A stretch of DNA of 62,571 nt, filler included, from Piptocephalis cylindrospora (GCA_003614145.1; 20 parts of 20 records of this genome joined end to end with filler, not necessarily neighbours in it), one strand, 5' to 3'; shown: positions 12,584 through 26,055, counted from the whole stretch's first letter. The notes: generated from the letters alone by a model not told the origin. A program made the numbers and translations.

Positions 12584-14081
12584 TCCCTCTTGCTCATACC
12601 AGCGGAGGATCCTGGAGTAGTGGATGCCTTGGACGTATGGGCAAAGGGGATGATGGGGATGGGGGGGGGGAATTTTGGGGACCAAGGGGGGGGGAGAAGT
12701 AGTGGGTTTCCGGGGTTCCCGGGGGGGGGGGGGAGGGGGGGGGGGGAAGGGTCCTGTAGTGTTCCCGGAGGAAACTGGGGGTAGGAAAAAGGGAAAAGGA
12801 CAAAGGATGGAGGGGAGGGGGAAGGGAAGAGATGGTCGTGGTAGAGAGCGAGGAGGAGAGTTAGGAACAATCTGGTGTATTTTGATGAGCAAGGCCCTAA
12901 ATTTGAGAAACGAGAGTGGGAGGGGGGCAAGGGAGAGATGGCGAGAGAGAAATATGCAGCTGGATGCACACCATGTTCCGTAGGCGCATGTGGGGGCGGT
13001 GTGGATGGTGAGTATGGGCGCATACGCCGCAGTGGGTTCGTGTGTGGTAAGATAATAGGGACAACGGCTGTAAAGAGGGAAAAAGGGTGGGTGAACAACA
13101 GTATAGCAGGGAGAAAAGAGAAGCAGGCTCTGCCCACAGTCGCTCACTTGAACAGAGCGCGGAGTTACGAGATGCCCCTTTCCTCCCATTCCAAGCAGGA
13201 AATTCCAACGAGAATTCCCGATCCCTGCAGAAAGAATTCTTTTTCATAATAACAAAAAAAGGAGATAAAAAAGAAATGAAGAGTTTTTCCCGTGAGAAAT
13301 TGTACTTGGGTTGGTTTCTGTCCGTGGGAAAAAGCGATGCAGCGGGTTGGAAAACGCACTTGTATTCAAACGCTCTATCACACATTAAGAACGTCTAGAG
13401 GTAGATGAAGAAAAGAGGCTCGTACTATTTTCTATTATGTTCTTCCTCCGGGGATCAAATAAGAAGAAGCTGTCAATATACATTTTCCTTTATGAACGGT
13501 AACAACAGCAGAACATGCCAGGGTAGACAGATGGGGATACTCATCTCCAGGGGGAGCTGGCTAAACCAGAAATACCAAAAGGTGGCCTCATACCAAGTCA
13601 GGACTCGAGGATGACTCACTCACTATTTTCATACCCAATTTGCCCATCTCTCTCCTCTGTGCCAGGATGGTGTCTGGAGGGGAGATGAAGCAGTCGAATG
13701 CACCTAAAAATAGCACTCACAGTTAGAGTGTGCAAGACGACTACTCCTAAAATACCCTGCCACAAACCCTCTCCCCCCTCACATATGCAGTGCCCAGATC
13801 TGAGAGACGTGCCAGATCCGATAGGTAATAGTCGGCGGAGTCCCAATCTTGCCTATCTGGCGTGTAGCCCAACTGGCTGCTATTCTTTCATCCTGATGAC
13901 CGGACTGCCAGGCCAGGAGAGGAAGGAGGGCTGGAATGAGACGAGCCCTGGGCCATGACACGGACAATGCCAGAGGTCGCATCGACGTCTGGTGATTTGT
14001 CCCTATATTTAACCACTACATCCTACCTACAACCACCACCCTTTTCCTTGACTGGAGGACAGACGATGGGATCAGGGTGCT

Positions 14082-14145
<64 letters not shown>

Positions 14146-15643
14146 AGCACCCTGATCCCATCGTCTGTCCTCCAGTCAAGGAAAAGGGTGGTGGTTGTAG
14201 GTAGGATGTAGTGGTTAAATATAGGGACAAATCACCAGACGTCGATGCGACCTCTGGCATTGTCCGTGTCATGGCCCAGGGCTCGTCTCATTCCAGCCCT
14301 CCTTCCTCTCCTGGCCTGGCAGTCCGGTCATCAGGATGAAAGAATAGCAGCCAGTTGGGCTACACGCCAGATAGGCAAGATTGGGACTCCGCCGACTATT
14401 ACCTATCGGATCTGGCACGTCTCTCAGATCTGGGCACTGCATATGTGAGGGGGGAGAGGGTTTGTGGCAGGGTATTTTAGGAGTAGTCGTCTTGCACACT
14501 CTAACTGTGAGTGCTATTTTTAGGTGCATTCGACTGCTTCATCTCCCCTCCAGACACCATCCTGGCACAGAGGAGAGAGATGGGCAAATTGGGTATGAAA
14601 ATAGTGAGTGAGTCATCCTCGAGTCCTGACTTGGTATGAGGCCACCTTTTGGTATTTCTGGTTTAGCCAGCTCCCCCTGGAGATGAGTATCCCCATCTGT
14701 CTACCCTGGCATGTTCTGCTGTTGTTACCGTTCATAAAGGAAAATGTATATTGACAGCTTCTTCTTATTTGATCCCCGGAGGAAGAACATAATAGAAAAT
14801 AGTACGAGCCTCTTTTCTTCATCTACCTCTAGACGTTCTTAATGTGTGATAGAGCGTTTGAATACAAGTGCGTTTTCCAACCCGCTGCATCGCTTTTTCC
14901 CACGGACAGAAACCAACCCAAGTACAATTTCTCACGGGAAAAACTCTTCATTTCTTTTTTATCTCCTTTTTTTGTTATTATGAAAAAGAATTCTTTCTGC
15001 AGGGATCGGGAATTCTCGTTGGAATTTCCTGCTTGGAATGGGAGGAAAGGGGCATCTCGTAACTCCGCGCTCTGTTCAAGTGAGCGACTGTGGGCAGAGC
15101 CTGCTTCTCTTTTCTCCCTGCTATACTGTTGTTCACCCACCCTTTTTCCCTCTTTACAGCCGTTGTCCCTATTATCTTACCACACACGAACCCACTGCGG
15201 CGTATGCGCCCATACTCACCATCCACACCGCCCCCACATGCGCCTACGGAACATGGTGTGCATCCAGCTGCATATTTCTCTCTCGCCATCTCTCCCTTGC
15301 CCCCCTCCCACTCTCGTTTCTCAAATTTAGGGCCTTGCTCATCAAAATACACCAGATTGTTCCTAACTCTCCTCCTCGCTCTCTACCACGACCATCTCTT
15401 CCCTTCCCCCTCCCCTCCATCCTTTGTCCTTTTCCCTTTTTCCTACCCCCAGTTTCCTCCGGGAACACTACAGGACCCTTCCCCCCCCCCCCTCCCCCCC
15501 CCCCCCGGGAACCCCGGAAACCCACTACTTCTCCCCCCCCCTTGGTCCCCAAAATTCCCCCCCCCCATCCCCATCATCCCCTTTGCCCATACGTCCAAGG
15601 CATCCACTACTCCAGGATCCTCCGCTGGTATGAGCAAGAGGGA
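12584..15643. repeat. Whole-contig perfect palindrome (2 x 1530 bp) centred on a G-run/C-run at 14113/14114
   Basis: All ORFs are mirrored identically and there is no spacer at the centre. Confidence 0.97.
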
Positions 15644-17522
15644 NNNNNNNNNNNNNNNNNNNNNNNNNNNNNNNNNNNNNNNNNNNNTTAATTAATTAAN
15701 NNNNNNNNNNNNNNNNNNNNNNNNNNNNNNNNNNNNNNNNNNNCACACTGTATGGGCTCTATTTTAAAATATATGCCAATTTTGCAAGAAAAAAAAACCT
15801 GTCTGGGTGATAGTCTCCCATTCCTCCCCTCTCAGTAATTTCATGTGAGTTCTACCCACGCTACGGGCTCAGTTTTTTAAAACATGCCAACTTTGCAAGA
15901 AAAAAGAGTCGAGCGGTAATTGACACAATGGCTAGTGGTATGGGTATGTTGAGGATACGCCGAGGACAGGGCTCAAATCATGGCCTCGTCTCCCCTCCAC
16001 CCGTCCAAGAGCGCCATCCTTCCCATGCTCTTCTCTAAGCGACTTTCTCTCTGTGTGTAGTGCTTTATCGCACGACATGAGTTCTATAAAGGGCTCGGAT
16101 CTGTTACGTGGGTTCTTGACCCAATAGATGCCAAACATACAAGGAAAAAGACCTGTCCAGATGGGCTGTAAACTAACACCTTAAGAATGATAAATACAAC
16201 GATTTCCATATTCCATTTTAAACGATGATCGCCATGGACAGGACCGTCATTACTCATCCAACAAATAAGAACCTTTTATATCTTACAATCTATGTATCGG
16301 ACTCTATGAGCTGAAAAGGGCAATGTGAAAGCCGTCGTGGATAATTCATTCAATCCCCAAAATACCATTTACAATGCCTTGAAACGGATGGGAAACACTC
16401 TTCTATCCCAGCTCTTGCGCAAACAAGTAGGGTATATTCTCCATAGGATGACGAAGGGAAGGATATTACTGTTTGAACTGGATACCAACAGAGGGACAGG
16501 GATAGGAAAAATGGAGAGAGAGGAGGAAGACATACGTTACTTTCATCTAGGGTTCACCCTGGAATTTGCTATGAGGGTCACCATCCGTGGTTATCGCACA
16601 AGGATGACGAAACAGTGCGCTTTTTTCCATGCATCTATACACATAGTTATTACTTTCAGCTCTCTATCCTGCCCTTTGGGATGTGAACAATAGCATGCGG
16701 GTTTTCTGGGTTGATCCTCCCATCTCCTTGCGGTTATTCTAGGGACACTAGGCAGATGGAAAATGAGAAATGGTCCTACAATGCCCTTTAGATGGAGGGA
16801 GAAACGGAACGGTGATGCAATATGAACAGAGAGGGGCAGGCTTTAACGACGGTGGCGGGGGACGCAATTGGAATGATGGTCATGGAAATCAAGGGCACTT
16901 TTGATTTTTACCCCATTATTATACTACATTATAATAAAGCATTGCGAAGATTAGGTGAGATGATAAGGGGAGAGCTTATTCAGGGACAAGTTTCAAAGGA
17001 TCGGCCATGGTATGAGACAGAGAACCAACCATACCACCATCCCCAAGTTCATGCCAATGATACGAGCCCAGCTAGGCCCTGATACACCGGCTGGATAAGG
17101 GCTGTCTTTCTGAATGGTAAGGTGAGGTGCTGTTCAAGGCGGAGGTTCTTCACCCTACCAAAAAGTAGAGAGGGGAAAGAGGAGCCTTGATGGCGAGGAG
17201 GGGAGGAAGGGCTTTTTAGGGCTATGAGAGGTCAACCAATGCCACTGAAGGCAGGAGGACGAGATACGGGGCCCTTCGAAGCCTGGATCCCTTCTCTCTC
17301 CTCATCCACCCACTTCCTCTTCTCCCAATCAACAACAGCCCCGACTCTGACAGACTGGCGGACCTTTAGGCGGCTAAGGTTAGGTGGCATTTAGACTAAG
17401 GTTGGGTAGGTCATGGTCCCATCCCCTTCTCCGCCTCCCACACATCCACACACACTTAAGCACCTCACCCAGCTGGCGATACTACTACTTGCGCGTGCAC
17501 GCTGTAGCCTTGACGCGATGGG

Positions 17523-17529
17523 TATAAAA
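17523..17529 (+). promoter_or_regulatory. TATA box upstream of FKBP12
   Basis: TATAAAA about 120 nt before the ATG, followed by a CT-rich leader. Confidence 0.55.
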
Positions 17530-17643
17530 GCGAGCGGAATGGGGCGCGAAACGTCCACTCCCACCCTCAACTTCCTTACCCTTCCACCCCTCACTCGTCA
17601 CTCACCACTTCTTCCCTCGTCTTCCTCCTCTTCTTCCAATATC

Positions 17644-17970
17644 ATGGGCGTCACTCGTACTGTTCTTCAAGAAGGCGACAGGACCAACTACCCCAAGGTT
17701 GGGGAACATGTTACCATGCACTACGTGGGCACTCTGGAGGACGGTACCCCGTTTGACTCGTCCCGCGACCGTGGTGAGCCCTTCAAGGCCCGCATTGGTG
17801 TGGGCCAGGTCATCCGTGGGTGGGACGAGGGTGTCCCCCTGATGTCCGTGGGGGAGAAGGCTCGTCTGACCATCAGCAGCGATTACGCATACGGTGAGAG
17901 CGGTTACCCCGGCCTCATCCCTCCCAACGCCACTCTGATTTTCGAGGTTGAGCTCATCAAGATCAACTAG
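17644..17970 (+). CDS. FPR1: FKBP12 peptidyl-prolyl isomerase, 108 aa, intronless
   Basis: MGVT...VTMHYVGTL...[11 protein letters not shown]...[10 protein letters not shown]...[17 protein letters not shown]. Confidence 0.97.
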   Translation: MGVTRTVLQEGDRTNYPKVGEHVTMHYVGTLEDGTPFDSSRDRGEPFKARIGVGQVIRGWDEGVPLMSVGEKARLTISSDYAYGESGYPGLIPPNATLIFEVELIKIN

Positions 17971-18594
17971 GTGATGCAGAGGGAGAGAAAGAGGATTGAT
18001 TGGAGAGGGGGAAGTGATTGTTCCATGCTGGCTGCTCTGTCCCCCCCTCCCCGAGCTGAGATGGAGTAAACGCGCTGCTTCATCCATTGAATCATTAACC
18101 GTATGCCTTATCATTTTACAGAGAGAAGTATTGGTTCTTATAAAGAGGGGGTGATGATGCTGAGCGCCATCCACAAACGAACGAGGTCATGTGTGTTCCA
18201 GGGGAGGAGGAGTCTCCCCTCCCCACCCTCCGTGGAAAACATCACGATCTCTAACGAAATTAGATGTTGGAAATTTACAAATGTACTGAATTGTGGCGAA
18301 TTTCGACGGGACGAAACACCTATCAGATAGGGCCTAGCGTGATATGCCACTATTGAGGGAGGGGAGAGGAGAGAAGGGAGGGAGCGGGGGGAAGCTCTGT
18401 CCTCTTCCACACATTACGTGGACCGCTCATCCACACTGTAAAATTTCACCTCGCCAAGGCGGAGGAAAGAAAAAAAAGAAAAAAAGAGAGTAGCATTTTC
18501 TCTATAAAGTACACCCCCCCTCTGAACCGCCGTCACCCAGCATCCCTGTCGTCCCTTCCCCATCATACCCTCTTCCTCCTCCTCCGCTCTTCTC

Positions 18595-18798
18595 ATGATG
18601 CCTTCCCTCGCCGAGCCTATCCCTGCCTCCTCCCTTCCCAAACCTGTCAAGGAGAAGAAGGAAAAGAAGGAAAAGAAGGAGAAAAAGGAAAAGAAGGAGA
18701 AGAAAGAGAAGAAGAGCAAACGTTCTCACTCGGACGACTCGTCTTCTCTTGCTCCCCTCGACACCGCCACTGACTCCTCCACCTCCGAAGAACCCACC
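18595..18798 (+). CDS. N-terminus of a KKE-repeat protein, probably nucleolar (Dbp3-like possible), truncated
   Basis: About 8 KKE units encoded with mixed codons; CT-rich leader; the ORF runs to the contig edge. Confidence 0.5.
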
Positions 18799-18997
18799 NN
18801 NNNNNNNNNNNNNNNNNNNNNNNNNNNNNNNNNNNNNNNNNNTTAATTAATTAANNNNNNNNNNNNNNNNNNNNNNNNNNNNNNNNNNNNNNNNNNNNCG
18901 CCCTGTTGTGATCTGGCCGCGCAAGATCCATTCACCTCCTTCATTTCCCCCCTCTATTCTAACTTGAACAGCGACAGTGTCTTAACACTGCATCATC

Positions 18998-20443
18998 ATG
19001 GCCAACACCGGGGCTGAAGACGCGCTCCTGGCGCACTTGTCCTCCATCTTTGAGGAAACTCCTCTTCACATCCTTTCTCAACAGCTAAAAGCTGCCAACG
19101 GTGATGTGGAGGGGGCTATTGAGAGGATCCTGCAAGGGGACGCCTGTCCAGATCAGCAGGAACCCCGAGTATGCCAGCATAAACCGTGGGATTTCCTAAG
19201 AGGACAAACCAGACTTGACCTAAACATGCCCAAAAAATCGCGTCGAATATCCGAAAAGTCGGCAAATCCATATAATGAAAAGAAATCTTGTACATATGAG
19301 AGACTTAATTCTCAAGCTACAACAGGTGGCCCCACGGTGTTTGATACGCTAAAGTGGACCCCATCTGCTTTTACCCTTAACCCCCGGACACCAAGGGCAT
19401 TAATTCCCTCGCCACGTGCATACCATCGACCAGAAGATGTGGCGTCTAACACCCCTTGCACCCTTCATCTGAACATTCTCCCCAAGGATTTGGCTGATCG
19501 ACTTCTTCGTCATATGCTTGATGAATCCCGAGCCTGGAAGGCTAGTGAATTTTGGCTTTTTGAGCGCAAGGTGACCTCCCCGCACACCACTGCCCTTTAT
19601 ATCAGGGAGATAGCCAATGATGAGTCTGGAAAGGAGAAGGAAAATGGGAAGGAACAGGCAGGAAATGAGGGGGTGGGAGGAGAGAAGGACGAAAAGCAGC
19701 GGAAGGAGGGACAAGGAGGGTACTGGTATAATGGTGAGCCCTCTAAGGATGTAAGGTATTTTTCAGATTTGATGGAGGAAGCAGCTCGAGTAGTCCAGAC
19801 CAAAGTGCGCCTGGTTCGACAGGATCGTTCTGTCCTATCTTTTGAGGAGAAGGGACCCTGGAAGGCCAATGTGTCTGTGACCAATTTTTATCCCACTTCT
19901 CAGAGTAGCGTTGGGTGGCACAGTGATCGGGTAGGTTTTGATGATCCTCTTTGGTAGCATGGAAGAAGCGAACTTATCAATTCCGTTCAGCTCAATTACC
20001 TAGGGCCTCAGCCCACTATTGCCTCCCTGAGCCTCGGAGCAAGTAGACCTTTTCGTCTCAAGCGTCGCCCAGCCCTTGATAATCACCCTACCCCAACCAT
20101 ATCCGTTGAATTGCCCCACAACTCCTTGATTATCATGCACCCACCCTGTCAGGAGGAATGGACCCATCAGATCCCTTCCCATCGGGTGGGCCTACATTCC
20201 GTATCAGGCCCTGCCAGGATCAACCTCACTTTTCGGATGTATCGACCTGAATGGGGCCCCTCCAGCGTCCCCAAATGCCATTGTGGCATACCAGCCATTC
20301 TAAAGAGTGTAGTCAAGCAGCAGCATGGGTTTGGAAGATACTTTTACTTTTGTGATGCCCGCAAGGCCTCGGATGGGGACAAGTGTTCCTTTTTCCAATG
20401 GGTTAATCCTTCCTCCCTCTCCTCCTCCTTCAGATCCTCCTGA
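18998..20443 (+). CDS. AlkB-family 2OG-Fe(II) dioxygenase with N-terminal CUE-like and C-terminal GRF zinc-finger domains
   Basis: Intron 19931-19990 joins SVGWHSDR to LNYLGPQPTIASLSLG. Also WTHQIP, RINLTFR and CHCG...GRYFYFC...CSFFQW. Confidence 0.88.
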
Positions 20444-21375
20444 GGTGGAGGGTTGAGATGGTTTCTGAACAGGAGTCATGGCTTCTCTGTGCTTTTGTAT
20501 GTGAGAATATTTCTTGGCATGTGTCGGACGGAGTCGACAATCTTGATTCTTATTTCCTTGTGGTGCTTCAGCCGCACTGCGCGATCCATATGTGACTCTT
20601 AGGTGGCAAGATTGACTCTATATAAAGCCCATAGTCGTCTGACTAACCAAGCTAAATCTCGAATCGTCTTGTGAGACTGTATCTTGTATCATTTCCAAGA
20701 GAGGATACGCCTTCCACTTCCTTCATGAAGAGAGGGGCACTGACGTGCGACGGAGGAATTCTTGGGTGATGTCTCCTATATCCCCCGTGTCTCCACACCC
20801 ACAAGCACATACATCAACTCAAAGATCTGGATGGGGGGATCAGCAGATTCTGATGTGGTGAATGACTAGACCACTCTCAGGTCCACGCCATCCCTCTCCC
20901 TCCCACATCAGGTCAGTTCATCGATGTGTGTGTGTGTACCGGCATGAGGGCCTCACTCCGCTTCATCTCGCCTCGACCCAACTCAAAACTCGTGAATTAT
21001 AAGGCCGCTGTCTCTCGCCTTCACCCCACTCACCCCCCTTGGATCTGGACTGCTGATCCCCCCCTCCCCTCGTCGGAAGCGGGGCTTTAAAGATAGAGAG
21101 AGCCTTGCACTTGACAGGAGCATCACCATCTCCTCTTTTCTTTTCTTCTCATTATCCTTGAACCTCCTAGCCTTTTCTTGTAGCCTTGATCCTCTTCCTT
21201 GCCCACATTCATCCCTTTCATCCTGCCATTCCCCTCCCCTACACCCCCCGATCCTCATCCCCATTAGAGCACGAGTATGGACCTTCTTCCCTCCCGCAAC
21301 GTCCTTGGGTCCCCAGAGTACCCCGGTAGGTTTGTATAGCACCATGGGGCTTGGGGGAGGCAGGCTCCGACGGGT

Positions 21376-21897
21376 ATGCCCCATCCTTTCTACCCATTCA
21401 TCCATTCTCCTTCTCCTTATGTAGAGGCTTTTTCGCGTCGTGGATCTGTGGTGCCAACCACCTCCAAATGCATCCAGACATTGACACAAAAGAATCACTC
21501 AGTCCTTGCCCTCCTTGCCACTGATAATCTTCTCTTTAGTGGGTCTCAGGGTGGATGTATCCATGTACGTACCCTGGATCCTTTTCCCTCTCAACCGTCA
21601 TTACTCGCATGCTTGCACACACTGACATCCCTATCCTAGGTATGGGATTTGGAAACGTACCAACCGGTTGGCTGCCTTCTTGGACATGCTGGGAGTATAT
21701 TTTCCATGGCCGTCTCTAAGGATGGATCCCTGCTCTTTAGTGCATCCGGCGATGGATCAGCCAGGGTATGGTGTGTCAAGACCTTCAAGTGTCTCTATAG
21801 CATTCGCCCTGGCTCTCATGTCGGCGACATCCTCTCCATTACCTACTCTGACTCCAAGGGGGTCCTCTTTCTTGGATGTCAAAATACTAGTATTCAG
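21376..21897 (+). CDS. DUG2: Dug2-like WD40 N-terminus (glutathione degradation complex), 3'-truncated
   Basis: HSVLAL...GSQGGCIH|VWDL...GHAGSIF...HVGDILSITYS...GCQNTSIQ, with an intron at ~21565-21639. Confidence 0.75.
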
Positions 21898-22974
21898 GTG
21901 AGTCGCTCATGTACAGTTTCGCCATGAGTTCATTACTCACAGGAGGGAAAACNNNNNNNNNNNNNNNNNNNNNNNNNNNNNNNNNNNNNNNNNNNNTTAA
22001 TTAATTAANNNNNNNNNNNNNNNNNNNNNNNNNNNNNNNNNNNNNNNNNNNNACAAAACCCCGAGTATTTATACTCTTCTCAAACCACTTCATCCCCTTA
22101 ATCCATTAAGCTCCTTATCCCCTTCATCTCAACGACCATCTAGCTTCTACCTTTGTCATCTGGAAGTCAATCAATGATCACTAGTTTGATATATCAATGT
22201 GATAATCTTGATAGCATCAGTGGCTCCATCCTTGGTGTGCTTCTCTTATCACACTGAACCCTGTTCAGACTTCTACTCAGTGTCATTTCCTGCACATTTG
22301 ATCATCACTACACGACAGTACTTTCTTTCCTTTTGACTTTAGCTGTCTTTCATAGAATATATGAGATATATATGTGTGTATGCGTATTTATAAGAGGTCA
22401 TCAGATGGCTAAGTGCCTTAGAGAATCTAGAGGATGTGTACAAGTGTAAAATTCGGTCTGAATTGAACTGATTGTGGGGTGCATGCTTAAGAAAACACTA
22501 TAGGGGTGCGCCAATCTGGAATAAATGTAGGAACGTATTTAAGGCGATGAGAAAAAGGGGTCTCCCCATTCTGGGATACGTCCTTTCCTACCTTTCTTTT
22601 CCTCGTCTTTACTTCCCCCTTGGTTCGCACCTCTATTTGATCCTTGGTGCACTTGATTGAATTATTTGGGCTAGGTTACCCACAAGGACCATGGGCACTA
22701 CGGCTAAGATTCGTCAAACCCGCATTGGATTCGGCCCTCATAGAATTCAAAACCATTTCCGCTTTACTTGGGAAGTCGATCAGGCGCGTCGACTCCGCCC
22801 AGTCGGCCGGGTGGAGCTGTCCACCCTGATACGGCGACTTAGGCAAAGCTCTCCCCTTTCTGCCTCTTTCTTGCGCTTTAAACAACACCTCATCATTATC
22901 CATTCTCTTTCTCCCCTTTTACCCACTATCTCCTATTCCCCTCTCCCTTTTTTTAAACCCATCTTAAAGTCACC

Positions 22975-25102
22975 ATGACCGTTGCCGAGACGCAAGGTAC
23001 TGAGCCAGCCGACCTAGGTAAATTTTGTCCCCTTTCCCTCCTTTCCAATTGTGACATTACCATTAAACCATTCCAATAGCCGCTGGTACTGAAATCGACG
23101 AGTATATCTTGGATCACGGGGTGTTCAAAGGGGGTATGTCGACCCTCAGGACAGCCACCAACAGCGTTGGTAAAAAGGTCATGATTAAGTTTTTTCTCCA
23201 GGAAACTAGCTATCAGCGTGAAGTCACCTCCCTTCTCGCCCTTCAAGAGGCAGAATCCAAAGTAGGCAATTGATTCCGTGAAGTAATGAGGTATATCTAC
23301 CTCATGCTCATCATCCCATACCTTCATTAACCAACCACCGTCCTGAAGAATATCATTAGTCTGATTGATTACTTTGAGGCGGAAGAGGAGGATGAGTGGT
23401 TTCCACAGTCGGTTATTGTCCTTGAGCTGGGGATTGTGAGTCTTCAACTTTGGGCCCATGGGAAGCGTCCCGTTTCCGAGGTCTACCTCAAGCCCATCCT
23501 TTTGGTAAGAGGAAGAGAGTGCATGGATAATTTCTCCATCATATGGAATCCCTCGATTCACGGCTACAATATTCTTATATATTTCCGCGCCCCTAGGACA
23601 TTCTCGGGGGCTTGGAGTCCATGTATGCTGCCGGATTAGGTAAGTGACTGGATCGTCGGATACACTACTTTTTCTTCTCTTCACTGGTTTTGACCTCATT
23701 CACACTAGATGACCGATCATCGCTCATCATTCCCATTTATTTCAGTGCATTGCGATCTCAAGCCAGGCAATATCATGCAGTTTGCCTGTCCAGGTCGAGA
23801 GCAAGGGGTATGGAAGCTTATCGATTTTGATTGTGCTTGCAAGTACGTGCTGCTCTGAATTCGGTATTTCACAATTCAACTCACTTACCGCTATTCTCCT
23901 TACAGAGTTGGCCAGCCTGTAAGAGGCCTTACCTTGGACTACTGTGCTCCCGAAGTGCTTCATGCTACCAGAGCTGGCAAGTCCCTGATGGCAACACATG
24001 CCCTGGATATGTTCTCCTGCGGCCAAATCATCCATTGGATGGCAGCCAGTACCCCTATCTGGGGAAAGGAGGAAGCCACAGATGCAGTGATGGCGCATAT
24101 GCTATGTCAGGATTCGGAGCTCTCCATTTTCTCCTCTACCTTTACCCAGCTGCCTGTGTATCATTTGGTGGTGGAGCTCTTGCGGAAAGACCCCGCCAAA
24201 CGCTTGACCCTAAAGGCCCTTCAGGTATGCTACCTTGCTTCATAGCAATACGCTTAGTAACTCTATTAATCCCTCCTTCCTCAACCTCCTTTTTCATGAT
24301 ATCGTCCAGAAAAAGTCGTATTTCCAATCTACTCTGGATACCCGAGTGGTCAGCGATCTACTCAAGCAACGCCTTGCCATTGAGGACATTGATACGGACG
24401 AGGATGAAGAGGGCGGGGCAGGAACCGTGATGATCCCCGAGGAGAACGACAGTATTTTCATCAACTTTTCCCGATATGTTCGTCACCGCGGGCTACGTAG
24501 GATTTGGAGCACCAATGGATGGGGCCGTCAGATCTCGCGTGACACCTTGGTAGAGTCGCTGAAGAACTACCTTGCCGCTGACACCACTGCTCTCGAAGCC
24601 GTTGATGGGTTTATGGATGAGTTCTTGCCTCTTTCATCGGAAGAGGACTCCAGAAATGCAACAGGTGACCCTGTAACCATCGAACGGGTCAACCAGGCCT
24701 TTCCCAAGATAGCCTCCAAATGTCAGCTTGGGAGCTGGATCCTTCATCAGGTTCATCTTAAGAGTCAATCTCGTATTTACATGTGAGTAAAGATATAGCG
24801 CTTCTGTATTGTCCACCTCATAAAATACTAATATGCCTCTACTGTTTCTAGGATCCGGCAGGTTCGTCAGAATATCAACAAATATTTGAAGGGAAGACCA
24901 GTGTACTATCTGTGTTACGAGCCCAGCCTAAAAACCATAATCGAGTGCATGGAGAGCGCCCTTAGAATCCTGAATTCGTTGAGTGATGTTGACACGCCCA
25001 TCCGTATTCGTATCCTTGCAGTCATGGATATGATCGAGTATTCGGGACCTGCTGAAGACGAGGAGGAAGAGCTTCGTGCGCTGGCTCGGTTTAACGATGA
25101 GG
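22975..25102 (+). CDS. Multi-exon non-RD Ser/Thr kinase plus unknown C-terminal domain (copy A, 3'-truncated)
   Basis: Manual splicing gives GVFKGGMST, VMIKFF, YQRE, VHCDLKPGN, LIDFD, YCAPE, DMFSCG and DPAKR. First introns are 23018-23079 and 23262-23348. Confidence 0.85.
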
Positions 25103-25202
25103 NNNNNNNNNNNNNNNNNNNNNNNNNNNNNNNNNNNNNNNNNNNNTTAATTAATTAANNNNNNNNNNNNNNNNNNNNNNNNNNNNNNNNNNNNNNNNNN
25201 NN

Positions 25203-25917
25203 GGCAGGGGTGATTGCGGGGACAGGGTATGGAGTGGCAAAGAAAGCAAAGATCCGGTCGATCAAGGTGTTGGGTCGAACGGGAAAAGGAAATGTGTCGG
25301 GTATCATTGCTGGGCTCTTGTATGTGGCTCGAGCCCCAAGGACCCACCCGGGAGCTAGGATCATCAGTATGTCCTTGCATACCCCACGACATACAGGGTT
25401 GGAGGAGGTAATCCGACTGGTCAGATCCCGGGGCTTCCTCATCATTGCATCCTCTGGGAATGCTCAGGCGGATGCTTGTACCATCTCCCCATCTTCCCTG
25501 CCCAAGCACGTCCTGGCCGTTGGGGCTACCAATGCACTAGACCGTGCCACTGCCTTTACCGGGAATGGCCCATGTCTTTCCATCCAAGCCCCCGGGGAAC
25601 GGATTCGGTCCCTATGGCTGCATCATGGGTACAAGACCCTTTCAGGGACTAGGTAGGGATGACTTGAGGTGAGGATGGGGAGGATGATCTAGCTCATATT
25701 GCTAATTTCCCTCTCTAGCATGGCCACCCCACATGTCACAGGGGTAGCGGCCCTCTTTGCCGCTATCCATCCTCAGCTCCATACTCAGGGACTTCGTGCT
25801 CTTATCCTGGCTTCGGGTACACAGGATCGCATCAAGGGCTTGGATCCGGAAACGGCTAATCTTTTGGTCTATAATTGGCCTCAATCATCCCCTGAGGCCC
25901 AGCCCTGGGGGGGATGA
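25203..25917 (+). CDS. Subtilisin (S8, proteinase K-like) C-terminal part
   Basis: AGVIAGTGYGVAKKA, SSGN and APGE. Intron 25653-25718 restores the catalytic SGTSMATPHV. Confidence 0.92.
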
Positions 25918-26055
25918 TGGATGCGCTGTATGTCTTTTTTTTGCCTCTTTCTATCGAGTAAAAAATATATATCTTTTCCCATTGCCGTACATGAACAATG
26001 GTCAGTGTATTTCCATGCGTTTCTCTTTGATCCTTCCCCGATGAGGAGGAACAAT

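Noticed and set aside
12584..15643. Mirrored ORFs in the palindrome
   Set aside because: Low-complexity translations with no recognisable domain, duplicated only by the fold-back.
16325..17082. ORFs in an AT-richer region as a possible transposon relic
   Set aside because: No transposase, RT or integrase motifs recognised.
22953..23699. 248-aa antisense ORF also present in copy B (39667-40203)
   Set aside because: Shadow of the spliced kinase. Its conservation follows from DNA identity and its ends differ between copies.
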